Shown here: in pieces, positions 52,594 to 64,000 of the stretch | Layout of the letters: the number at the start of each line of letters is the position of its first letter | Numbering within the stretch: the first letter of the stretch is position 1 | DNA from: Lama glama | Taxonomy: Eukaryota | NCBI GenBank assembly: GCA_028534125.1 | Contig: CM052817.1 | Location: forward strand, 73,162,001 to 73,226,000 | Direction: 5' to 3' | Length of the DNA: 64,000 nucleotides | Position numbers and translations under genes: made by a program | Notes under the pieces: generated by a model | Seen by the model: only the letters and a program-made list of their open reading frames with translations | What the model was told of the DNA's origin: nothing | Database searches by the model: none

Positions 52594-53402
52594 CTTCAAA
52601 GAAAAGTTAATAATCCCATTTTTTAGCAAAATTTATTTACCAGGAAGGTATAGATTGTTCAAACAAATTATTAATGAAATGTTACATGATAAATGAGCCA
52701 AGTTAAATTAGCAGGAAATGAGTCTGGTTGGTTGGGTCAAAGAGGACTGTAAAATGTTTGGTTTCTGTGTCTTTGACGGTTTGCTGAAGTGACATGAGGT
52801 GTCATGCAGGCAGTGCAGTGCCTCAGAGGAGCCTCAGCTGGGTTAGTCTGGGTTCCAGCCCTGCCTCTGACTAGTTATGGTAGATTAGCTGGGTTACTTC
52901 AATTCCTCTGACCTTTGGCTTCATCATTTATAAAATGGGGAAAATACCTATTCTTCTCCCTAGGAGTCAATGTGATGTTTGTGAAGGAATCTTGGAAAAT
53001 ACCTAACACACATATCCTGTGTAAAGTAAAAGCAACTGAATGAATTAAATCCTAGAAATTTCATTCTGTTTTATTATGTGATGCATAAACTACTAGACCT
53101 TTTTTGTAATAAAAATCTAGAGAACATTCTTATATAATTCTGTCACTCACTGTACACAAGATGGGAAATGTTGTTTTAATCTGATTATTAGCTGTAGATA
53201 TATGATGGCTCTAGCTGTAAAACTGGCCTATTATTTTGAGTGTATTGTAAAATTATAAGAAATTTTAATATTTGATGTTTATTGAATGGGTTACTCCTTA
53301 AATTCGACTTGTGTCTATTAAATACCTTGGAATTTGAAGTGAAAAAGATAAAGCAAGCATGAGCCTGGATTTTGGAGGTTTTTCTATGTCAATTATTGTT
53401 AT

Positions 53403-53890
53403 GGGAGTTCTGGTCAAGATGGCAAAGGAGTAGGACCACGTGCTCGCCTCCTCTCACGAACACAGCAGAACCACAGCTGACTGCTGAGCAACCATTGATA
53501 AAAACGACTGGAACCTACCAATGAAGATCTTCTTCAACTGGAGACATAAAGAGGGAACCACAGCTGGATGATAGGAGGGGAGTGCTCGTGATATGATCAG
53601 GTCCCATACCTACCCACAAGCTGGAAAATAATTACCTTTCAGAGATTCAGCCACAGGAGTGAGAGTTCTGAGCCCCAGGTCAGGCTCGCCAGCCTGGGGT
53701 CCGGCATCAGGAGGAGGAATTCCCAGAGCATTTGGCTTTGAAGGCCAGTGGGGCTTAATTGCAGGAGCTCCACAGGACTGGGGGAAGCAGAGACCTTGCT
53801 GGTAAGGAGCACACACAGAGTCTCATGTGCACTGAGGCGAAGGGCAGGAGTAGTGATTTCATAGGAGCCTGGGCCAGACCTACCTGCTGG
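53403..53890 (+). mobile_element. LINE-1 5' UTR fragment
   Basis: Begins gggagttctggtcaagatggc...gagtaggac...ctcgcctcctctcacgaacac, typical of a laurasiatherian L1 5' end. Confidence 0.7.
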
Positions 53891-54166
53891 TCTTCACTCA
53901 TTTCTTCTCCCCAAGGCTGTTACAACAGAAATGGAACAAGGGACAGTTACTGCTCACTTCTTATTTCCTTCAAAGACTAAGTAAGAGGAGCCAGGGAATG
54001 TAGTTTCTTAAAAGATTAATTTAATAAATCAAAACATTCTTCTGATTTGGTGGTACTGATCATTGTAGAGTTATTTTTGGCTCATGATCTATTTTGAGCA
54101 GAAATACAGTGTCTGAACCCTGTATATTAGTATGGACTTTATTTCTATTTTCAAGAAGAAAAAGGC

Positions 54167-54305
54167 TGGAGGAGGGTATAGCTCGGTGGTAGAGTGCTTC
54201 CCTAGCAAGCGCAAGGTCCTCGGTTCAATCCCCAGAACCTCCCCAGAACCTCTGTTAAAAAAAATAATAATAAAACCTAATTGCCACCAACCTTCCCCCC
54301 AAAAA
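54167..54305 (+). mobile_element. tRNA-derived SINE (vic-1-like) next to the gap
   Basis: gagggtatagctcggtggtagagtgcttccctagcaagcgcaaggtcctcggttcaatcccc followed by an A-rich tail with aaacctaatt. Confidence 0.88.
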
Positions 54306-54353
54306 GTACAGTGTTATATGTCAAGTATGTCTCAATAAAACTTTAAAAAAAAA

Positions 54354-54853
54354 NNNNNNNNNNNNNNNNNNNNNNNNNNNNNNNNNNNNNNNNNNNNNNN
54401 NNNNNNNNNNNNNNNNNNNNNNNNNNNNNNNNNNNNNNNNNNNNNNNNNNNNNNNNNNNNNNNNNNNNNNNNNNNNNNNNNNNNNNNNNNNNNNNNNNNN
54501 NNNNNNNNNNNNNNNNNNNNNNNNNNNNNNNNNNNNNNNNNNNNNNNNNNNNNNNNNNNNNNNNNNNNNNNNNNNNNNNNNNNNNNNNNNNNNNNNNNNN
54601 NNNNNNNNNNNNNNNNNNNNNNNNNNNNNNNNNNNNNNNNNNNNNNNNNNNNNNNNNNNNNNNNNNNNNNNNNNNNNNNNNNNNNNNNNNNNNNNNNNNN
54701 NNNNNNNNNNNNNNNNNNNNNNNNNNNNNNNNNNNNNNNNNNNNNNNNNNNNNNNNNNNNNNNNNNNNNNNNNNNNNNNNNNNNNNNNNNNNNNNNNNNN
54801 NNNNNNNNNNNNNNNNNNNNNNNNNNNNNNNNNNNNNNNNNNNNNNNNNNNNN
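54354..54853. other. Assembly gap, exactly 500 N
   Basis: Run of N. A fixed 500-N size is typical of placeholder gaps in Hi-C scaffolding. Confidence 0.99.
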
Positions 54854-55087
54854 TTGCCGCTCCCTCCCCCCGGGACCCGTCCTGCGCTGCTTTGCCTTTT
54901 GTTCTTTCTTTTTTCCTTTTCTCCTACCAGATTTTTGGCGTCTTTATCTTTTGAAGAGGGCGATGTTCTCTTGGAGTTCCGCAGGTGCTCTGGTTGGCTG
55001 AGTGGGTCTGTAGATGTGGGTCTTGGTGTATTTGTGGGAGAGGGTGACTTACGAGCGTCCTTCTACTCCATCTTGCCCGAAATCCTA
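54854..55087 (-). mobile_element. Young LINE-1 5' UTR start, truncated by the gap
   Basis: Reverse complement begins ggatttcgggcaagatggagtagaaggacgctcgtaagtcaccctctccc, with CpGs retained. Confidence 0.75.
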
Positions 55088-58000
55088 TTTTTTTACTTTT
55101 TTAAAGTTTTTTTTTTAAGGTTTTCTTAATGGCATACTACTTAAGAAAATTTTCAATCCAATTGGAGTTTTTTTTTTTTGGTTCATGGCATAAGATAGGG
55201 ATCCAATTTCATCTGTTTCTCTTTAAGTATCAATTTTGCTAGAATAGTAGTCATGTTATTGATTAATTAGCCCCTTTTGTCCTCTTTGACTTGAAATGCT
55301 ACCTCTGTCATATAACCAAGTTCAAAACAGTGTGGGTCTGTTTCTCGAGTCCCGACTTGTACTGTTGTTCAATTTATATTTCACTGTGCCAATTCCACAT
55401 TATCTTAATTTCTGTAGCTTCAACTGTGTACACTTCCTTCCTATTTTATTACTTTTTGAAACATATATTAAAATTATTTTATTAGGCGCATATATATTTA
55501 AAATTGCTATTATCTTGGTAAATTGAAACTTTATGTAGAGACCCTCTCCATCTCTAAAAATACTTTTCTCTTAAAATCTAGTTTTTAACATAGCTATATG
55601 AAGTTTATTTTGATTAGTATTTGCTCAATAAGTCTTCCAATATTTTGTTCCACCTTTGTATATTCTTATAAAGATGTGTCCCTCTTAAACAGCATGTCTG
55701 AAATTTCAAATGTTAACTTTTATGTAAATGGAGTAAGTCCAATAGTTATTTTATTATAATAATCTATATACTTGGGTATGTTTCTGCAATCTTGAGTTAT
55801 TTCTGTTTATCCCACTATATGCTGTTATTCATTCTTTCTTGCTTTTTAAAGAAATTGGCAGTTAAATCTACTCTCCAATAAGACAAGAACTTAGAAAGCA
55901 CTCACATTGCTTGTTTTTTTCTGCTTGACCTCTTCTTTCATGCCCCTCTCCCCATCAAGTTGGTAATTCATCTAGACCAGCCCTACTCCAAGTGTGGTCT
56001 GCAGGCTGGTTCTGGTCCATAGACTGTCATTGGTTCCCAAAGAGGTGAGGAGCTGCTCTAGAATATCAGATGCCTATGTCATTAGCAGACTGTTAGTTTC
56101 ATTGTGTTTTGCTTTGTTTAGTTTTGTTTGTAGCAAGACTTTCTGAATGAAGGAAGCATTATGTTGATTTGTTGAATCACCTAGCACAAGCTTCTTGTTA
56201 CTGACAGATAAAAGTCTGTTCAGGACTGGCTGCTTTGAGTAGCACTAATCTAAATATGTAACTTTTGGATGCTATGGATTTATTTTCTACCGATCTTTGG
56301 ATGTTACTCCTTTTTAAAAGATGACTACAAGCTTATCCAAGGTAGTTAGTTACCTTTATTTCATGTATTTTTCATGTATCCCTTTTAGCACCTCCTGGAT
56401 TTTTCTGTCTTATTTATGTGTTTCATCAAAAACTTTTATGAATGTTTTGTATGTGGGTCTTTGAATGATGAACCTGAAGCCTTGAATGCTGGAGAATTTT
56501 TTATTATATATTCATATTTGAATGATAGTTGGCTACATATAAAATTCTAGGTTCTAATGTTTTCTTTTAATACTTTTCACCTACAGAAATACCAGTTTCA
56601 TATTGTTTAACCCAATATTTAATATACTTGGCTATCTTCTTGCATCCATTATTGCTGTTGAAAAATCTGATGGCACTCTGATTCTTACACCTTTGTATGA
56701 AATTTGTTCTTTCTGGCTGGAAGCATTAGAACTTTCTCTGACTATTATAGTCTTATATTTCTCTATAACTGCCTAACTGTGGGTTTTTCCTTTTTCTCCT
56801 CTGAATACACTGTACCTCTGGGTACACTGTGGGCCTTTGAAATCTAAAGTCCTCTGTCTCCAAACTCATCCAGTATATACATTAAATGTATACAGCTTCT
56901 GTATGTCAGTCATACCTCCATAAGATAGTTTAATAAAAGAAACTAAAGTGCTTTGGCTTTTTATTTTTTAATTTTGGGAAATTGATCTTCATTCTTTCCT
57001 TTTTTTAAATTTTAAATTTAAAAAATCTTAAATTTTATTTTAATTTGAAGTGTAGTTGATTTACAGTGTTAGCTTCAGGTGTTCAGCAAAGTGATTCAGT
57101 TACACATATATTTTTTTTCAGATTCTTTTCCATTAAATGTTATTATAAGAAATTAAATATAGTTCTCTGTTATACAATAGGTCCTTGTTGTTTATCTGTT
57201 TTATGTATATAGTAATGTGGGTCAATCTTCATTCTTTTTTTTATTGAAGTATAGTCAGTTTACAATGTGTCAATTTCTAGTATACAGCAGAATAGTTCAG
57301 TCATACATATACACACACATATATTTTTGTTTTCATATTCTTTTTCATTATAGCTTACTACATGATATTGAATATAGTTCCTTGTGCTATACATTATTTA
57401 TTTAAATAATTTTTCTCTTTATTTTTGTTTCTCGCTCTAGGATTTTATTATTCAGATGTTAGCACTATAGAATTTATCCTCTTAATCTCTTAACATTTCT
57501 TTTATATTGTCTGGGTTTTTATCCTTTCTTTCTTCTGGGAGATATCTTCAATATGATCTTCTAAATTGCTTAATTATTCCTCAGATATATCCATTCTGTT
57601 ATTTATTCCATCAATTACAACTTTCTTTCAACTACTGTATTTTTGCAACCCAATATTTTTATTCATACATTTTTCATCTTTTCTTGTTCTTATTTTGCAT
57701 TGCTACTATCTTTCCTTACCTCTTCTAATCCCCCTACCAGGCTACATTTAAATCCTTTGTCCATCTGTTCTGGTGTTTCCTTTTCTGCAGGATTCTATAA
57801 TCCAGTATGTTATTCTTTTGAAGTCTTTGTGCTTCTCAAATGTCTCATTATTGTGCCCTGTGAACTAATTTTTCCCTGGTGGTATCAGCTGTTGTTTCTG
57901 GCAGTGCATATAAGGAAAGGCAGATCCTAGTCTGGTCAACTCCAGTGAGCTCAGGGGGTTGGGTTCAGTCTCATATCTGCTATTTACTAGCCCTGTGTCT

Positions 58001-60359
58001 GTGGATAATTTATTTAACTTCTCTGGACTTTGGTCTTTCTTCATGTATAAAATGGTAATAATAATAGTAACTATCTTACATTTAAAATGCCTACTAACGT
58101 AAGTTACTGTGTTTTACTAAAAATAAAATTCCCATAGATAAATGACCTGATGATGGCCTATGATCTATTTACTTATCCCTGGTGCCCACTAGTTATGTGG
58201 GTTGCTGCCTCATTTCTCTTACTTAAAGTCCTCTCTGGTAGTCAGTTTTAGAGGGTTGCATTCCCAAGTTCAGCCCTAGGACATATCCTGGAGTCAGCTG
58301 CTCCAAGAGTGATAGGATTATTCCTTCATCCATTAATTAATGTTCCAGCTGACCTTCTCCACCCAGAACTCCTTAGTTGGTAAGCTTGGGGTTATCCTGG
58401 GAATCTATTGGGAAAATTCTCTGTGTTGTTTTTTTGTTTTGTTTTTTGTTTTTCAGAATTCCTTTCTATCGTCTGTAAAGGATTAGCAGTCTCCCAGCTT
58501 TGTAGGATTTTATCATCCTTCTTTTCCCATTCCCTTTGTGGCCTCCTTAAGAATCTCTGAAATAAGCGTGGCTCTTCCTATCCGACTCCTGGCTGTTTTC
58601 CAGTACTATACTGGATTTATATTTTATATTTCTTCTGTCATTTCAATGCGATTTAGGGAGAAAGGAAAGGCGGATAATTTTCTTCTGTCAATTACCTTGA
58701 ATTGGAGCTCTCTTAAAAAATTATGAATGTAGAGTAAAAGAAATCTTTGCAAATAAGGTATAAATTATTTAAATACATATATTTACCTCAATTGGCAGAT
58801 GCTTTTAAATAAATTAGTTATAAAATATACTATAGTACAGATCAGCTTTTTCTACAGTAGTTTCCTAAACATATTTCCTTAAAAAAATTGTTCTGTGGGA
58901 GTACTGATAAGAGTTAATATAAAAATAAAAAGTAGGTTCCGTTTTAAACAAATAACCTTAATGCAAGATTGATTTTCAGAGTCTTAATGTGTGATGTGCA
59001 TTGGACTTTGAAAGGTAGGAATGTAGCCCAATAAACTATCTTTTCTGATGCAGTTGAGATTCTTGGTTGGTCAGTTAATTTTAGAAGTTGGTTAAAGTTA
59101 GGGATTATAAAAAATTATGCATAGGAACATTGAGCATTTTAACTTAAAATTCATGAATATATTTTTGCTTAATGATCTTTTGATGAAGAGTCAAGACTTT
59201 TGCTTAGGATATGAGTTTTTTTGATTGGAGATCCTTTTCATCTTTCTTGTATAGACCATATCCACAAATGCACTGTCCATAAAGATTTACCATTTAAATT
59301 CTTAAACATGGAGCAAGAACTTAAAGTCACTTATGAAGCAATCTAAGTGGAGAATGATTTAAAATTTTTTTCAATCTCTTTTCTAATGTTATATTTATCT
59401 CATCTGTACTTGAGTCAAAATTGGTTTTTCATATTTGAGTTTTTATTTTTAAAGGAGATCTTAATTCTTTCTAAATTATTCACTTTAGTTTTTTAAAAAC
59501 AATTTTCCCCTTCATATTCATAATGGGTCAAATAATATGATTAAGTTCTATAATTATAACAACAAATACAAGTGGTATAAATAAGTTTTAAAACAAATGC
59601 AATTGACTCCTTGTAAGTGTAAACTCAACTGATGGTGGAAACAGTAAACAAGTATTCCGGAAAGTAGCCTACTAGCTATGAGTATTCAATGTACTATGGA
59701 GAAGAAAGGAAAACATTAATCTGGAGCATCTGTTAAGTGGAGGTCTATTACGAGAACCTGTGTTCTATTCATGGATTGCCAACTTTATTTGAGTATGGAA
59801 ACCATTATATGGCCAAGCATATTTTTAGACTAATACTCGACAGTGGGAAAAAAATCAGATCTAGCTATAAATCTACTTTATAAGAGAAGGACAAGTTAGA
59901 TGCTGTCTTTGCTGTATTTACATTTTTAAAAATAATTATAAAGTAACTTAAAAAATATAAAACTAATTGAGTTAAAAACGTGGAAATGAAATGTTACATG
60001 TTCAAGTCTTAGTTTGGGTGGAATCTTACAAATAATAACCAATTTTGTTTTTTGAGAAATAATGTAAGACTAAGCACTGAAGAAATCCAAGGTAGCTTTG
60101 GATTGAGCATAGTTCTGAGACCTTTAAAAAATGTTTGCCTTTTCTCACGGATACAGAGAACAAACTAGTAGTTGCCAGTAGAGGGTGGAGAGGAGGGGTG
60201 ATATGGGAGTGGAAGAGTGGGAGGTAAAAACTGCTGGGTGTAAGATAGGCTCAAGGATGTACTGTACAACACAGGGAATAGAGCCAATATTTTGAAATAA
60301 CTGCAATATAAAGTGACCTTTAAAAATTAAGAAAAATTTTTAAACATTTGTCTTTTCAG

Positions 60360-60503
60360 ATGATCTTTGGGTGGTTTCAAAAACCTTGGACTTTGATTTG
60401 GATACTTTTATTGCATGTAGTACTTTCTTTGGACCATCATCTATCAATGAGGTAGAGTTACTACCTTTGAAAGGTTATTTCCCTTCGAATTGGCCCAGTA
60501 GCA
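60360..60503 (+). CDS. ZGRF1: ZGRF1 internal exon: DLWVVSKTLDFDLDTFIACSTFFGPSSINEVELLPLKGYFPSNWPSS
   Basis: Acceptor ttttcag at 60359, donor A|gtaagt at 60504; 144 nt (phase 1 to 1). Matches recalled ZGRF1/C4orf21 sequence between the GRF zinc finger and the helicase. Confidence 0.92.
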
Positions 60504-61763
60504 GTAAGTATTACTATGCCCATATTAATTTGTATTAACAAAGAATGAAAGACATGTAATACACTGTGAGCAAGAATGCTAACTTTGTGTGGGATTGTTT
60601 GATTAAAGAAAACAAAAAGCATCCACCTCTACTTCCTATTATTGTATACAGTGTTCCTAAAAATGTGTGTGGAAGTTGAATGTACAAGTAAGTATTTTTG
60701 CAGTTCAAGCCCCAGAGGGCTAAAAGTATAACAAAATCTTTACCCCTCACTTAAGTATTTTTTTAAAGTTGAATTTTACATGGTATATCCCTGATTTCTA
60801 AAATTATAAATAGGAATTTTTAAAAATAATTAAGTTCTGATTCTCTTGGTTTATTTAATTCTCTTGGTTTATTATTCAGATAAGTATATTTAGTAAACAG
60901 ATCATTTATTTTTATATTGAAAATATCTTGTAGATTTTGCAAGAGATTCTGTGAGCAGTTGAACAGGAGGGTGTGACATTCATTTTGAGGATATTTTATC
61001 ATCTGTCTTGAGAAATTCTTTATAAGACAGGAGGCTACCAGCCTTACTTTTCTTTTAATAAAGGAAGCTTTAGTAAGCTGAATCCCTATCCGGCTCTATG
61101 AATCTGTAGATGTCTCTATACATTTTGATCTCTGGAATAATTTCTGATGGTCGAATTTGGTCCATAACTAATTAAAGACACAGCATTTAATGACTCATTT
61201 CAAGTATTTCTTACGCGTTTTAAACTGGATTTTTTTCTTTCAGAACTGAATAAACCTAGGCAACCAGCTTGAGTCCAGTAAGAGTCTAATTAAGTGAACA
61301 TATGTCACTTTTTGGATGCATATTTTCATATTTATTGTAGTTGTTTCCTCACCAATATCAGCATTCTAATTTTCTGCTTTCCATATATTTCTCTAAAATA
61401 ACTGAGGAAGAATTGCAAGAAAATGTTCAAAAATTACACAAATACTACTGTACAGTGTAAGGCCATCTGCTGATTAAATCGAACTGCTGGTTATCTAGTA
61501 GTCTCACCGTGCACCGACTCAGAACAGTTGTTCCTGTTCACTAACTGTAGTATCGAAGTCCAAGTTTGATTTAAGTTATACAATTTATAAAGTATGAATG
61601 AGTGCAATGGTTTAATGGATAAAAGGCCCTCTGTAGGTACTTAAGAGTTTATTTTAGGTCATGTGATTAGCTGAACTCTGAGTTACAAGGACATTTTATA
61701 GATTTTTTTTTAATGGTCCATTTTATTTACATTAAATGTTCATTTTCTGCATTCTTTCTACAG

Positions 61764-61878
61764 CAGTGGTCCATGCATTACTGGTTTGTAATGCTAGCAC
61801 AGAGCTGACCAGTTTGAAAAACATTCAAGACTACTTTAATCCAGCTACTCTACCTCTAACACAGTACCTGTTAACAAT
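61764..61878 (+). CDS. ZGRF1: ZGRF1 internal exon: (T)VVHALLVCNASTELTSLKNIQDYFNPATLPLTQYLLT(M)
   Basis: Acceptor ttctacag at 61763 (tandem CAGCAG), donor AT|gtaagt at 61879; 115 nt (phase 1 to 2). Confidence 0.92.
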
Positions 61879-62952
61879 GTAAGTCATTACTTACCTTTGG
61901 GTCATTGATATTAAAAAATAGTGACTAATCGTGAAATTGCAATAGAATTACATTACATAAATTTTTGCCAACAAAGTGTTCATTTTCTTTCAGACATTAT
62001 GAGAGTACTGATTGTCAGTAGTTAAAAATAAAAAGAAAGGGAATAAATACCATGTCCCAACAACTTATCCATTCCCCTAGCTATCTAGCTAGCTAGCTAT
62101 TGTGGTTGGGGCCTAGTAAGTGTTACTGCAGATTGTCTTCATCATGGAATAATTTGTTAAGGATCTTTGGAGTGTTGATTTTATTTTTCTATTTACTTGT
62201 ACTTTTATGCCACAAATTATTTAACATTTAAAAGAGTCATTTTAGAGCTTGAATCCAGTATGTATATTATACTAATTTTATTCTTGACATAACCTATATC
62301 TCATTTTTAATTTCTCAAGCACCATGTCCCCTTTTTAAAAATTGGAAGTGATGTTGTGTTGAATTCATTAAAATGATAGAAAAGTCTAGTTTTTAATTTG
62401 GAATGTTATAATCTAACTTGCAGTGTTTTCTTTTTGTTTCACCATAAGGAAGTCCTAGGTAAAAAATAAATATCCGTTATGTTCTTTATCTACTTTGAAA
62501 TGAATTCAGCCTTAATAGAAATAGAAATAAGACCAATTTATTGCAGATTTACCTGAAATGGAGGCTATATTTTATCTAAGTCAGTTTTGTATACTAGAAC
62601 ATGGGCCTTAAAGTCAGTATACCACTTATTGGCTAGGTGCTTTCTTGGGAAAAAATGTTAATATTTCTGTGTCTCTATGTGAGGTAATTAACTACTTCTT
62701 AGTGTTGTTGTGAAGATTATGTCGAGTAATAAGTAAGATGCTTAGCATAATGCCAGCACATAGTACGTTTTCAACAAATATTAGTTCTCTTCTCTTCTTC
62801 CTTCCTCCAAATAGGAGTATATATCCATTTGTGTCTGCAAAAAATGTTCTCTGTGTTGTTTATAAAGTGAAGGCTAAGTCATGAATAGGTTTACTTACCT
62901 ATTTTAAAAGCCCCTCATTAAAAAAAAATTTTATTTGTTGCCTTTTTACTAG

Positions 62953-63215
62953 GTCTTCATCAACTACAGAGAGCAACAAGAGAGTCAGTAAGAGAAAATT
63001 TATCCCACCAGCCTTCTCAAATATCAACACAAAATCTGAACTACTCAGTCTAGGAGCAACATTGCAGTTAGCTAGTGAGTTAATTCAGGCACACAAGTTA
63101 AACAAAGATCAAGCTACAGCTCTGATTCAGATAGCTCAGATGATGGCATCTCACGAAAGTATGGAAGAAGTGACAGAACTGGGAGTTCACACCCTCCCGA
63201 TCACGATCATACATG
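62953..63215 (+). CDS. ZGRF1: ZGRF1 internal exon leading into SF1 helicase motif I: SSSTTESNKRVSKRKFIPPAFSNINTKSELLSLGATLQLASELIQAHKLNKDQATALIQIAQMMASHESMEEVTELGVHTLPITIIH(G)
   Basis: Acceptor tttactag at 62952, donor G|gtaag at 63216; 263 nt (phase 2 to 1). LNKDQ Q-motif-like segment and PITIIHG just before the Walker A motif of UPF1/DNA2-like helicases. Confidence 0.93.
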
Positions 63216-63914
63216 GTAAGAAGCAAAAAGGAAAATTGTAGTAAACACATTGTTATATAAGCTATTGTAACCCAGTCTGCTCCTTTGTAATTTCCTAGTC
63301 AAACAAGATTCCAGAGTAACTAGATTTTTTTGAATCTGAACCCACTTTAGTAAACTATTAGATGAGAGCACAACTGAGCACCCTAAAAGGGAGAACAGGC
63401 ATCATATCTGATGAATGAGTAGCATTTTACTCTCATTTTCAAAGCATCCAGATTTGATCTAAACATCTGTGTGCTCTCTATTAATTAATTCCTAGTCAGC
63501 TCACTCCTCCATCCTTCATATACTAGCTGTTCCAGATCTTCATTGTTCTCATAACCCCATCCCTGTCCTACCCCACTCTCTCTCTCTGAGATTGATCTCG
63601 CCTCTAAAACAGGAAATGGAGTTCATAACAGAAACTTTTTTCCATGTCCTGCCTTCCTTCTCCAACTTACCTAAGTGTGGACCTATTTTTACTCTTTTGG
63701 TTCTGTCCCAATGAGGGAGCTTTACTTTCTCCTCTGCAGAGCTAATTCTTCTGTTTATTTTTAGGATTCTGTTACCTCTTTAGCTCATTTCCACTCACAG
63801 ACCTCTTCCCCAAAGCTGTTTTGAGGATTTGCATCACATCCAGCCTGTTGACCAAGCTAGACACTTGGGCATCATCCTAGATTATTCTTTGTCCCAAGAG
63901 TAAGTGACTTTCTC

Positions 63915-64000
63915 TTTTTTAAAAAAAAAAATTTAATAGAGGTACTGGGGATTGAACCCAGGACCTTGTGCATGCTAAGCATGTGCTCTACTGCTGAGCT
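63915..64000 (-). mobile_element. tRNA-derived SINE (vic-1-like), runs off window end
   Basis: gaggtactggggattgaacccaggaccttgtgcatgctaagcatgtgctctactgctgagct. Confidence 0.88.

Overview
Mammalian genomic DNA, most likely a camelid given several vic-1-like tRNA-derived SINEs, covering the ALPK1 - NEUROG2 - ZGRF1 neighbourhood. It contains the last three coding exons of ALPK1 (alpha-kinase domain, + strand, 3187-6250) and about 30 kb of repeat-rich intergenic DNA with several enhancer-like blocks. The complete two-exon NEUROG2 gene (- strand, CDS 36749-37567, 272 aa) sits in a CpG island with TATA/CCAAT promoter elements, followed by upstream CpG-rich regulatory blocks. After an exact 500-N scaffold gap (54354-54853) come three internal ZGRF1 exons on the + strand, opposite to the orientation expected from human synteny and probably a flipped contig. 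The most unexpected observation is a chain of four exon-like segments on the - strand at ~50.5-52.6 kb with canonical splice signals, compatible phases and protein-like but stop/frameshift-disrupted frames: a candidate unannotated relic gene I cannot assign to a family. Gene identities and comparisons with human/mouse come from recalled sequences, not database searches. No prokaryotic systems, CRISPR arrays or genuine RNA genes were found.
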